Below, piece after piece: positions 17,528-24,943 of a DNA stretch of 24,943 nt. Both the position numbers and the translations under genes were made by a program. The stretch lies in the IMG/VR virus record IMGVR_UViG_2534681742_000001, positions 1-24,943 of that record. One strand, 5' to 3'. Position 1 is the stretch's first letter; each line of letters starts with the position of its first letter. This stretch comes from a virus (lineage: Duplodnaviria; Heunggongvirae; Uroviricota; Caudoviricetes). The notes under the pieces are model-generated. The model was not told the DNA's origin, did not search any database, and saw nothing but the letters and a program-made list of their open reading frames with translations.

Positions 17528-17982
17528 TATCCAAGCCACCCGTTTTGCTGTGCACGCTCCATCTGTTCATCTGAATAGTTCCATGCTCCATCCGTGGCAA
17601 CCATTGCCCCGCCAGACATCCCCGTCTCTGGTTCATACATAACAGCAAGGCCGAGCTGATGCATAATTTCATGATTAATTCTGAATACCAGACCACGCTC
17701 ACTAAGTTCTTTCCAGTTCACAATCTCATATGCGCCTGTATTAAGCAGCTCAATACTTAGCAAGACATAATCTTCCAGCCAGTCTGACAGGTCAGTAACA
17801 TCTGTTATCCGGGCTTCAACCTTTCGCCCCGTATACACACCCTGTACCCATTCATGCAAAATCAACGTGTCCCCGCGCTCATAATTACGGTCATTTTTCC
17901 GAAACTCTGCGCGTTTCTTTCCTTCCAGCACAAGGTCAAAATATTTGGCGTGCAGCTTTACCTCGTGAATTTTTGCCATCAT
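17527..17982 (-). CDS. DUF3850/ASCH-like (PUA-fold) domain protein with a unique C-terminal extension carrying an HExxH motif
   Basis: Start MMAKIHEVKLHAKYFDLVLEGKKRAEFRKNDRNYERGDTLILHEW... overlaps the A stop (ATGATG); the N-terminal ~75 aa fit the DUF3850 pattern as I recall it; the C-terminal ~70 aa contain INHEIMHQLG. Confidence 0.6.
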   Translation of the reverse strand: MMAKIHEVKLHAKYFDLVLEGKKRAEFRKNDRNYERGDTLILHEWVQGVYTGRKVEARITDVTDLSDWLEDYVLLSIELLNTGAYEIVNWKELSERGLVFRINHEIMHQLGLAVMYEPETGMSGGAMVATDGAWNYSDEQMERAQQNGWLG

Positions 17983-20270
17983 TTCCACTCCATTACTGTT
18001 GAGAATCCCGGCCACTCATCAGCGACCGGATACGTGAATTTTTTCCCGTCATAATTTACGGTCGCGCCACGCGCCAGCGCCTCAAGCTCCCATCGCTGCG
18101 GCCTGATACCGTTCTGAGCAAGGTCAACGCGGATACGGGTAATTTGCATTCTTTCCGACCGGGTCAGTCTGGCCGATGGTGCAATTTCATGTGGCTTTAA
18201 CGGGCTTCCGTTTCTTTGCTGACGGTTTGGCGTTCGCAGGTCGTGTTTTAATGCGCCCCTGAGCGCCCTCACGACCTCCGGTTCATTCCATTCAATAACA
18301 CCGTCATCAACCAGATTAAGCACTGCTGCGGCGTGCTCAGAAGGTGTGGGAGCCGGTAACGAAGCATCACCGCCGGTGAGCTTTCCACAGTTATTGACAG
18401 GACTCCGAGGCGCGGCGATGCCGCTTTTTAAAGTCAAAGGCTCAACGACCGGAACTTTCGGCACAATGCGCCAGTCCGTCGTTCTGGTGATATGAATATG
18501 ACGCGCGCCGAGATGCGGCGCGTAAATGCCGACCACTCTCTCGACTTCTTCCTCGTATTCGTTAACGTCATCCGACGGGCTACGGGCGACCCTGACAGTC
18601 TGACAATCGCGCGGGACATTTGCCCCGCCCTGCGCGCTGATATACAGCGCAAAATCGCCACTGTCTGCGGCGGCGCGTGCAGCCTCCACGCGTTCGTCAA
18701 ATTCATCAGCAATGCTGACGCCGCGAGGCAATTTACGTAGCTCACGGTAAGCTCCCATTGTCGGCAGGCCAACCGTTTTAAATTGCGGGATGCGCCACGT
18801 TGACGCCCATGCGGTAACAGCCGCCGCAGTATCTTTCAGCGGTCTGCCGGTATCGTTATCGAGCTGACCATCCAGTGCATAGCCGTCGATATTTTTTGAA
18901 ATGTATTTCGCGATATATCCCGCAGCACCGCCCCGGTTAAGGTGTTTTGCCTGAAAACGGTTTCGCGCGGCTCCTCTTTCGTCGCCATCCTCTTTGAGCG
19001 CATAGCGATGCATGATTTCGATAATCTGGTTACGCTGGCGTGGATTACAAAAAAGCATCATATGCCAGTGCGGCGTTCCGTCGTGGTGTGGCTCGACGAC
19101 TCGCAAACCGTAGACCTGTAAATCATTATCCTTGAATGCCGTGCGCATCAGGCTCCAGATACGGCAGAGATAACGCTGCGCATCCTTCGGATTAAATGCC
19201 TCATCATTCCAGCCGTGATTAAGCTGGACGGTTTTACTTTCGCCTTTTCCGACCTGACGTGTCGGGTGATACTTTGACGGCGCGGTCAGCGTGATAAACA
19301 TCCCCACATCACCCTCTGCGGCGGCGTAACGCTCAATACCGGCAATGGTGTTCATCAGCTCCATCCGGCGAATTTCAGGATTAGAAATACTGCCCATCAC
19401 CTTACTGATAAGGTCGATGCGTTCGCCGGTTTCCCTGTTTTCAAGGTCACACGATTTAAGAAACTCCAGATTTGCCTGACGGCGCGCACGCACATCACGA
19501 ATGGCATGTTTACTGGCATAAGGAGAACGGTCTTTATTGACCTCCCCGACAGCTATCAATAACGCCTCATGCCAGCGCATACGCTGGCCTTTAAGCTGAT
19601 GAGTCCACCACTCATCGTTAAACAGACGGGCAATGGCAGAATATGCCTGCCTCGTGGTCATCTGTCCTTTACGGTATTTTTTCCAGTAAAGCGGGGAAAT
19701 ATTGAAAGCACGTGCAGCGCCAGCAACATGACCATACAGATGCGCCTGCGCCTCATCCGTAAACAGCGATACTTTTTCGCCATGCGCATCCACCCAGGCA
19801 TCGCAGAGTTCCTCATACATCATGAAAAGCTGCGATGAGATACGGGCGGCAAACTTTTTCAGCTCCTTGTCATTCATTCCCGGCAGGCGCGCATAATGGT
19901 CACGCTCTGCCAGAAACAGCAACGACGCGTCGGTGTTCATTTCATGGCGCTGATTCACACGCTCAATGCGCGGCCATAAACGACGCTGAAAAGTGGATGT
20001 GAGGAAATAAAACCCGTGTACCGGGCTTTTATTGCGCCGGATGTAGTCATAGCGTGAAGTAAACAGCGAGCGCAAAAAGTAAGGCAGGCGGTTAATCGTG
20101 GATAAAACACCTTGCACCTGACGCATCTCGTCACGTGTAAGGGGTCTTTCGCGCCCGACGGCCTCGCGTGGCGCGTTCCATGCATAAGCACCGGTAAACG
20201 CCTTACCGGTGCCTGCAGCAAATGCTGACGGAGGTACGCAGGTGTATTGCTCCTGGAAAGAATGACTCAT
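17979..20270 (-). CDS. A: Replication initiation endonuclease A (rolling-circle initiator)
   Basis: 763-aa ORF, size and sequence character of P2 gpA; position between the early genes and cos. Confidence 0.9.
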   Translation of the reverse strand: MSHSFQEQYTCVPPSAFAAGTGKAFTGAYAWNAPREAVGRERPLTRDEMRQVQGVLSTINRLPYFLRSLFTSRYDYIRRNKSPVHGFYFLTSTFQRRLWPRIERVNQRHEMNTDASLLFLAERDHYARLPGMNDKELKKFAARISSQLFMMYEELCDAWVDAHGEKVSLFTDEAQAHLYGHVAGAARAFNISPLYWKKYRKGQMTTRQAYSAIARLFNDEWWTHQLKGQRMRWHEALLIAVGEVNKDRSPYASKHAIRDVRARRQANLEFLKSCDLENRETGERIDLISKVMGSISNPEIRRMELMNTIAGIERYAAAEGDVGMFITLTAPSKYHPTRQVGKGESKTVQLNHGWNDEAFNPKDAQRYLCRIWSLMRTAFKDNDLQVYGLRVVEPHHDGTPHWHMMLFCNPRQRNQIIEIMHRYALKEDGDERGAARNRFQAKHLNRGGAAGYIAKYISKNIDGYALDGQLDNDTGRPLKDTAAAVTAWASTWRIPQFKTVGLPTMGAYRELRKLPRGVSIADEFDERVEAARAAADSGDFALYISAQGGANVPRDCQTVRVARSPSDDVNEYEEEVERVVGIYAPHLGARHIHITRTTDWRIVPKVPVVEPLTLKSGIAAPRSPVNNCGKLTGGDASLPAPTPSEHAAAVLNLVDDGVIEWNEPEVVRALRGALKHDLRTPNRQQRNGSPLKPHEIAPSARLTRSERMQITRIRVDLAQNGIRPQRWELEALARGATVNYDGKKFTYPVADEWPGFSTVMEWK

Positions 20271-21274
20271 TCACATACACCGGCATAGACACTACTGCAA
20301 ACTGACTTATCATTCACCGAAGCCAGCAAATCAAACTGTGCCCCGCCACGCGTGGTCATCGCCCAGTCACGATAAGACTCAATTCCGTAAGCATCGACAG
20401 TAATAATATCAATGCGGCGTTCCGCACGACGCGGGTCATGAGTTGACGGGAAGAAAGTAGAATTTCCGCGTCTGGAGCATGCGGCGACAAGTCGCTCCCA
20501 TTCCGCAACACGCTTAACCTCTTCCGGCCAGCGACTAAAAATTTCAGCTAATTCAGACTTTCTGGCGTGGATGCAGGGCATACAACCGACACGACTGCAT
20601 CCCTGCTGGTATAACGGATTAGGTTTAATTCCATGACGTCTTGCAAATGCAAATACCTCCTCATGCGTCCAGTTCAGAATAGGACGGTATACATGGAGCC
20701 CGGGCGTATTGTCCGCATCCTCTTCCCAGGCAGGCAGACCCGCGCGCGCAGGAGACTCCTGAGCGCGAACCCCCTGCCAGCTAATTACCTCATCAAACTC
20801 ATTAAGCGCAGGTAACACGACCTGAGTACGTACTGGCTCATGTTTAAGGTCAAAAGTGCAAAATCTGGCTTTAGTGGAAGGAAATCGCCCTTTCCACATG
20901 CACAAATCAAGAAATGGGATACCAGTAGGCTTGAGAATTTCCAGCGCACAATTGATGCGCTCTGCCGCTTCCCCCGGAGACATTCCGCACTCTTCAACCA
21001 GAGAAACAGGCCATTTCTCAGCAATAAACTTGCGCTTACCTTCAATCTGTCGGGAGAAGTCAGCTTTAACCCGTTTAACCGGCCCGAGTCGGTTCTCCAG
21101 ATAATCGAGATACTCCATTGTCTGCGGATGCTCATGCCCGGTGTCTGCAAAAACCGGCAAAAAATGCACACCGCTTTCAATACCAACAAGCCATTGAGCA
21201 AGGCTATCCTTTCCGCCAGAAACAGAAATAATATTGATAGAGCTTTCAGCTCGGCAGCGGGTATCAACTATCAT
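20267..21274 (-). CDS. PAPS reductase-family PP-loop protein (DndC/CysH-like fold), function unknown
   Basis: SVSGGKDS PP-loop motif near the N-terminus; cysteine cluster CSRVGCMPC; ATGA-coupled to the flanking genes. Confidence 0.7.
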   Translation of the reverse strand: MIVDTRCRAESSINIISVSGGKDSLAQWLVGIESGVHFLPVFADTGHEHPQTMEYLDYLENRLGPVKRVKADFSRQIEGKRKFIAEKWPVSLVEECGMSPGEAAERINCALEILKPTGIPFLDLCMWKGRFPSTKARFCTFDLKHEPVRTQVVLPALNEFDEVISWQGVRAQESPARAGLPAWEEDADNTPGLHVYRPILNWTHEEVFAFARRHGIKPNPLYQQGCSRVGCMPCIHARKSELAEIFSRWPEEVKRVAEWERLVAACSRRGNSTFFPSTHDPRRAERRIDIITVDAYGIESYRDWAMTTRGGAQFDLLASVNDKSVCSSVYAGVCE

Positions 21275-21774
21275 TTAGATTTCCCCGCACAGAGAAACGC
21301 AGTCAGACACTGCTGACCGAGCTGCTCAACCTGAGAGCTCAGCGCCTCAAAAGAGACAGCGTTACCGCTCAAAATATCGTGATGGATCAGACCGGAAACG
21401 AGCTGGTTTAATTTGGGGTAATAGCCGACAACATCCAGCCACTCTTTACCGGCATTCTTCCCGGTTTCAGCGATCTTTCTCTCCTGCAAAATGAACTGAA
21501 AACGGTCATTTGTGACGACATAACGCTCGCCAATCTCGATACGAATGCTCATGCCATTCTCCGGTAATGCTTGTTTTTTTGCTTCAAAGACTGACTGGCA
21601 GGAAACACAACGCGTGGCTGACGGATAAGCCGCACGACGGGCAGCAGGTATTGGCGCGTCACACTCTTCGCAAACCAGCGCAGAAACACCGCAATGTTTT
21701 ACCCTTGCCGCGTTAATCTGGCGCTCCAGTAATTCAGCCTGTTGTTCCTGAATAAAATCTACGTTGTCCGGCAT
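21271..21774 (-). CDS. TraR/DksA-family C4 zinc-finger protein with an additional C-terminal domain
   Basis: C-x2-C ... C-x2-C in CGVSALVCEECDAPIPAARRAAYPSATRCVSCQ; about 90 extra C-terminal residues. Confidence 0.6.
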   Translation of the reverse strand: MPDNVDFIQEQQAELLERQINAARVKHCGVSALVCEECDAPIPAARRAAYPSATRCVSCQSVFEAKKQALPENGMSIRIEIGERYVVTNDRFQFILQERKIAETGKNAGKEWLDVVGYYPKLNQLVSGLIHHDILSGNAVSFEALSSQVEQLGQQCLTAFLCAGKSK

Positions 21775-22079
21775 TACCAGTTCCTTTTGTCGTTCAGTTT
21801 CTTAAATTCATCAGCGCAATAGCTGGCGAGTTCTGTCGTTAATTTTGTCAGTTCATCCACTGAGGAAATTTGCTTGTGAAATACAGCGCGTTTCACAAGT
21901 AAATTGATCACATCAGACAGGAGGTTTAATTCGCTCTGATAAATCGCGATAACAGATTCAGTTATGTCGCGCTTTTCTTTATCAAGACCAAGTTGAATAA
22001 GAGACAAATCGCCATTTTCCATAACGGCGATTTTTAAGGCGTTATTCAGTAATACAACTGAACGAGAACAGGACATCAA
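21774..22079 (-). CDS. Hypothetical early protein (101 aa)
   Basis: ATGA overlap with the upstream ORF stop and TAATG overlap with the downstream start; AT-rich. Confidence 0.5.
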   Translation of the reverse strand: MMSCSRSVVLLNNALKIAVMENGDLSLIQLGLDKEKRDITESVIAIYQSELNLLSDVINLLVKRAVFHKQISSVDELTKLTTELASYCADEFKKLNDKRNW

Positions 22080-22300
22080 AGCACCTCCCCGCGAGACAAT
22101 CCGATATTGTGAAATTTTTCCGACTCCTGACTGAGCAGCTCGACTATCTCCACGCGGGATAACTCCGCCTTTGTGATGTGGCGAATCATGGCATCAAGAT
22201 GAGAAGAAAAGCGCGTCGCAGCGTCGGCCTGTGCTTCGGTTCTGGCCTGTTGCAGCAGTAATGCGTATTTACCGCACTGATTTTCAGAAACTGTATGCAT
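22076..22300 (-). CDS. Hypothetical early protein (74 aa from ATG at 22300)
   Basis: GGAG ribosome-binding site 6-9 nt upstream of ATG at 22300; the track ORF start at 22333 is a TTG without a recognisable RBS. Confidence 0.45.
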   Translation of the reverse strand: MHTVSENQCGKYALLLQQARTEAQADAATRFSSHLDAMIRHITKAELSRVEIVELLSQESEKFHNIGLSRGEVL

Positions 22301-22363
22301 GACTTTCTCCAGGCAAAAAGAAGCCCCGCACAATTAAGTGCGTTAAAAACTCTGGTTAATTAT

Positions 22364-22870
22364 TTAATGCAGATATTGCTCTGGTTTTACCGACGTCAGA
22401 ATTGTCGGTGCATACTCAAACAGACTGAATAATTCACGTAATGCACGGAACAAAGCATCACGCCAGTAACATGATTCTTCATTAATTCGCCAGTATGGCT
22501 GATTAAATTCTTTTTCTGTCAGTCGTGCGTGCATAAATAAAGTGCGACGCTGACTTACTGTTAAAAAACTAATATATGCATACTCACTTGCGCCAACCTG
22601 ACGGCGTTTTGAGAATGCCCCACGCAATTCATCAATTGCACATACCAGCCGTTCACGTTCGACGTCGTTCATTTCTTCAAAACGCATCGTTGCGTGATGC
22701 TGTTTTAACTGCGCATGAAAGCAAACCGTTAACCGTTCGCGCTCCATCATCTGATTATAATAATCACATGTATCCTGCCAGCGAGGGACGGCAAGATGCT
22801 TACCAATTATCCGGCGCATAGTTGCTGGCTGTTTTTCAACGAGATTGAGCGTCATCACTGTCATTTCCAT
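22364..22870 (-). CDS. B: Replication protein B (helicase-loader-like)
   Basis: 168-aa ORF MEMTVMTLNLVEKQPATMRRIIGKHLAVPRWQDTCDYYNQ..., position and size of P2 gpB. Confidence 0.6.
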   Translation of the reverse strand: MEMTVMTLNLVEKQPATMRRIIGKHLAVPRWQDTCDYYNQMMERERLTVCFHAQLKQHHATMRFEEMNDVERERLVCAIDELRGAFSKRRQVGASEYAYISFLTVSQRRTLFMHARLTEKEFNQPYWRINEESCYWRDALFRALRELFSLFEYAPTILTSVKPEQYLH

Positions 22871-23031
22871 ACCCTCCGGCTTTTCAGAAAGGTCAGAGCC
22901 TTTTTTAACGGACTCTGTTTTTTGGTGCGGATAATGATTCCCTTGCGTCCCTTCCCGTGGGTGATGGTGAAGTCAATCGCCCTGGGGCTTTCGTTACGCA
23001 GTAACTGAGCAATACAACGCGGCTCATTCAT
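22861..23031 (-). CDS. Hypothetical small basic protein between cox and B (P2 orf78-position)
   Basis: ATG at 23031-23029, 2 nt after the cox stop; MNEPRCIAQLLRNESPRAIDFTITHGKGRKGIIIRTKKQSPLKKALTFLKSRRVWK. Confidence 0.35.
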   Translation of the reverse strand: MNEPRCIAQLLRNESPRAIDFTITHGKGRKGIIIRTKKQSPLKKALTFLKSRRVWK

Positions 23032-23033
23032 AA

Positions 23034-23306
23034 TCACAACCCCATCCACAAAAGCCATGCATCACGCTGTTCAACCGGTCGGTTATAAAACGCCTCACGC
23101 ACAGCGCGATTAAACTCTGGAATGAAAACCCATTTCTCACCGGCGCGGGCCTTCGGCTTATTTGGATCTCGAAGCTCGATAACCGGTAGCTTGTTAGCCT
23201 TTATCATTTCTGTAACTGCGGTTTTTGGTTTACCCAATAAATCTGCAAACTTTTCCGCATGTACCGCATCAAGCGGGTACTTAATCACATAATCATTAAC
23301 TTCCAT
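23034..23306 (-). CDS. cox: Cox-like excisionase / lytic-switch regulator
   Basis: 90-aa ORF; C-terminal FIPEFNRAVREAFYNRPVEQRDAWLLWMGL parallels P2 Cox YLPAWNNGLKLAYESRPKEIRDGWLMWLGL; first gene of the early operon, divergent from C. Confidence 0.7.
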   Translation of the reverse strand: MEVNDYVIKYPLDAVHAEKFADLLGKPKTAVTEMIKANKLPVIELRDPNKPKARAGEKWVFIPEFNRAVREAFYNRPVEQRDAWLLWMGL

Positions 23307-23441
23307 CTATGTTACCCTCATAGGATCCAGCCCCTTAAAAACCGCTTGGAACCGTTTAAGCGGCGCTGGACTCACGCCCGAAAAGGTTCTGGATTAATGA
23401 CCTTTTCGGGGAATATAGTCATTAAGTCAGGACTATGTCAA
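23307..23441. promoter_or_regulatory. Lysis/lysogeny switch region (expected Pe and Pc promoters and operators)
   Basis: 135-bp gap between divergent cox and C; perfect 10-bp inverted repeat CCCGAAAAGG-N14-CCTTTTCGGG (23377-23410) and a shorter CCGCTT-N11-AAGCGG pair (23342-23364). Confidence 0.5.
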
Positions 23442-23735
23442 ATGAATATCGCACAGAAATTAAGAGCAATAAGACAATCGGAAGGGCTAACTCAAGCAAA
23501 ATTCAGTGAAATCAGCGGAATAGCGTTAGGAACGCTAAAGAATTACGAAGGAGGCCATCAAGACCCTGGCATCCAAGTTGTGTTGCAGGTCACCAATGCA
23601 CCTCAGTTCCAAAAATACACACTATGGCTCATGACAGATAAAACAGCGCCGGAAGCGGGACAAATCGCACCGGCTCTCGCGCACATTGGGCCAGAATCAA
23701 CAGAATCCGACCACTCCGCGAAAAGGATTGGCTAA
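23442..23735 (+). CDS. C: Immunity repressor C (XRE-family HTH)
   Basis: Start MNIAQKLRAIRQSEGLTQAKFSEISGIALGTLKNYEGG... (97 aa); upstream of int on the same strand as in P2. Confidence 0.7.
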   Translation: MNIAQKLRAIRQSEGLTQAKFSEISGIALGTLKNYEGGHQDPGIQVVLQVTNAPQFQKYTLWLMTDKTAPEAGQIAPALAHIGPESTESDHSAKRIG

Positions 23736-23804
23736 CTCTATATAAAAATTACATTTTCACCATTTGCTACCAAGATGGTGAATACAGCGCCGGAGGGCTT
23801 TCTT

Positions 23805-24785
23805 ATGGCAATTAAGAAGCTCGATGATGGTCGCTATGAAGTGGACATTAGACCTCGCGGTCGCGACGGAAAACGCATCCGCAGGAAATTTGAAAGAAAA
23901 GCTGAAGCACTAGCATTTGAGCGATACACAATCGCCAATGCCAGTCAGAAAGAATGGGGAGGCCAGCGAGCAGACCGCCGAACTTTGACAGAATTGCTCG
24001 ACATCTGGTGGAAATACCACGGGCAAAACCACGAGCATGGGACAAAAGAGTTTAATCATCTGCTCAAAACCATCAGCGGCATAGGTGATATACCAGTGAG
24101 TCGGATGAACAAAAGGGCTTTGATGGATTATCGCTCCATGCGACTACGTGACGGCATCAGTGCTGCAACGATAAACCGCGACATGTACCGATTATCCGGC
24201 ATGTTCACAAAATTAATTCAATTGGATGAATTTTCCGGGCAACACCCAATTCACGGACTGCCGCCACTGACGGAGGCTAACCCTGAAATGACGTTCCTGG
24301 AAAAAGCGGAAATCGAAAAACTGCTAAATGTTTTGACTGGTGATGACTTACTTGTCGCGCTTTTATGTCTGAGCACTGGAGGAAGATGGACGGAAGTTGC
24401 CACGCTAAAACCAGCACAGATTACAAGTTGCAGGGTTACCTTCCTGAAAACCAAAAACGGTAAAAAGCGAACAGTGCCGATTTCTGAGGAACTGGAGAAA
24501 AAAGTTAAAGAGGAGGCCAGCGCCAAATTGTTCAAGGTAGATTATGAGAAGTTTTGCGGGATTTTACGCAGAGTTAAACCTGATATACCTCCCAATCAGG
24601 CAACCCACATTCTGCGGCATACATTCGCAAGCCATTTCATGATGAATGGGGGCAACATAATTGCACTGCAACAGATTCTGGGGCATGCGAGCATTCAGCA
24701 GACAATGACCTATGCGCACCTTGCGCCTGACTACCTGCAGAACGCCGTCACTCTGAATCCACTAAAAGGCGGAGTGACGTTATAA
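23805..24785 (+). CDS. int: Tyrosine integrase
   Basis: ATG at 23805 preceded by GGAGGG; C-terminal catalytic region ...ATHILRHTFASHFMMNGGNIIALQQILGHASIQQTMTYAHLAPDY... (R, H-x-x-R and Y context). Confidence 0.85.
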   Translation: MAIKKLDDGRYEVDIRPRGRDGKRIRRKFERKAEALAFERYTIANASQKEWGGQRADRRTLTELLDIWWKYHGQNHEHGTKEFNHLLKTISGIGDIPVSRMNKRALMDYRSMRLRDGISAATINRDMYRLSGMFTKLIQLDEFSGQHPIHGLPPLTEANPEMTFLEKAEIEKLLNVLTGDDLLVALLCLSTGGRWTEVATLKPAQITSCRVTFLKTKNGKKRTVPISEELEKKVKEEASAKLFKVDYEKFCGILRRVKPDIPPNQATHILRHTFASHFMMNGGNIIALQQILGHASIQQTMTYAHLAPDYLQNAVTLNPLKGGVTL

Positions 24786-24799
24786 ATTTCCCCTTTGAG

Positions 24800-24818
24800 T
24801 GTCCACATAGTGTCCACA
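24800..24818. repeat. Tandem direct repeat TGTCCACA-TAG-TGTCCACA, candidate Int arm-type binding sites in the att region
   Basis: Two exact 8-mers 3 bp apart, 15 bp after the int stop; the complement TGTGGACA matches the P2 Int arm-site consensus as I recall it. Confidence 0.45.
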
Positions 24819-24911
24819 CTCAAGAAATTTTGAAACCGCTCCAAACCCTTACAGCTTTCGATAAATGACTGTTTTTACTATTGATTGCATGTAAGTGATT
24901 GATAAAAAAAA

Positions 24912-24943
24912 CCCCCCCCCCCCCCCCGCGGGGGGGGGGGGGG
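24912..24943. repeat. C16-GCG-G14 homopolymer hairpin at the window end (probable assembly or contig-end artefact)
   Basis: Sixteen C, then GCG, then G to the last base; preceded by an A8 run. Confidence 0.6.

Larger units (their letters stand above)
1..24904. mobile_element. P2-like temperate phage (prophage or phage genome segment), order FII-FI-H-I-J-W-V-S-R-lysis-X-L-M-N-O-P-Q-cos-A-B-cox-C-int-att
   Basis: Complete P2-type synteny with recognisable P2 proteins; exact P2 cos 19-mer at 16975-16993; integrase at the 3' end followed by direct repeats. E, T, U, D and ogr would lie upstream of position 1. Confidence 0.85.

Noticed and set aside
17527-17982. Calling the HExxH-containing protein a metalloprotease
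   Set aside because: HExxH is a short motif that occurs by chance and the C-terminal region is only ~70 aa. Kept as a hypothesis in the findings, not as an annotation.
20785-21267. 160-aa minus-strand ORF overlapping the PAPS reductase-like gene
   Set aside because: Alternative frame within a gene that has a clear PP-loop motif in its own frame.
1-24943. CRISPR arrays, tRNA or rRNA genes, insertion sequences
   Set aside because: No spaced direct-repeat arrays, no cloverleaf-like tRNA candidates and no transposase-like ORFs seen; the only repeats are the short ones listed as features.

Overview
The window is almost entirely a P2-like (Peduovirus-type) temperate phage, read in reverse of the canonical P2 map, and the most likely new biology is a two-gene cargo module just downstream of replication gene A. 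All calls come from reading the sequence and ORF track against remembered P2 protein and site sequences; no database search was run. The conserved backbone runs from tail tube FII (truncated at position 1) and sheath FI through tail fibre H, baseplate I/J/W/V, tail completion S/R, the lysis cassette (lysC embedded in lysB, lysA, K, Y), X, L, terminase M, capsid N, scaffold O, terminase P and portal Q. An exact copy of the P2 19-nt cos sequence sits at 16975-16993, followed by a compact, translationally coupled early operon on the minus strand (cox, B, small ORFs, TraR-like, PAPS-reductase-like, A), then the C repressor and integrase with candidate Int arm-site repeats. Three places depart from P2: (1) at the Z/fun position a Hin/Gin-family serine invertase sits beside a Mu-G-segment-like invertible tail-fibre cassette; (2) at the tin/old position two unusual ORFs are coupled to gene A; (3) a PAPS-reductase-like PP-loop gene sits in the early operon. 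The window ends in a C16-GCG-G14 homopolymer hairpin that looks like a contig-end artefact. No rRNA, tRNA or CRISPR array was seen.
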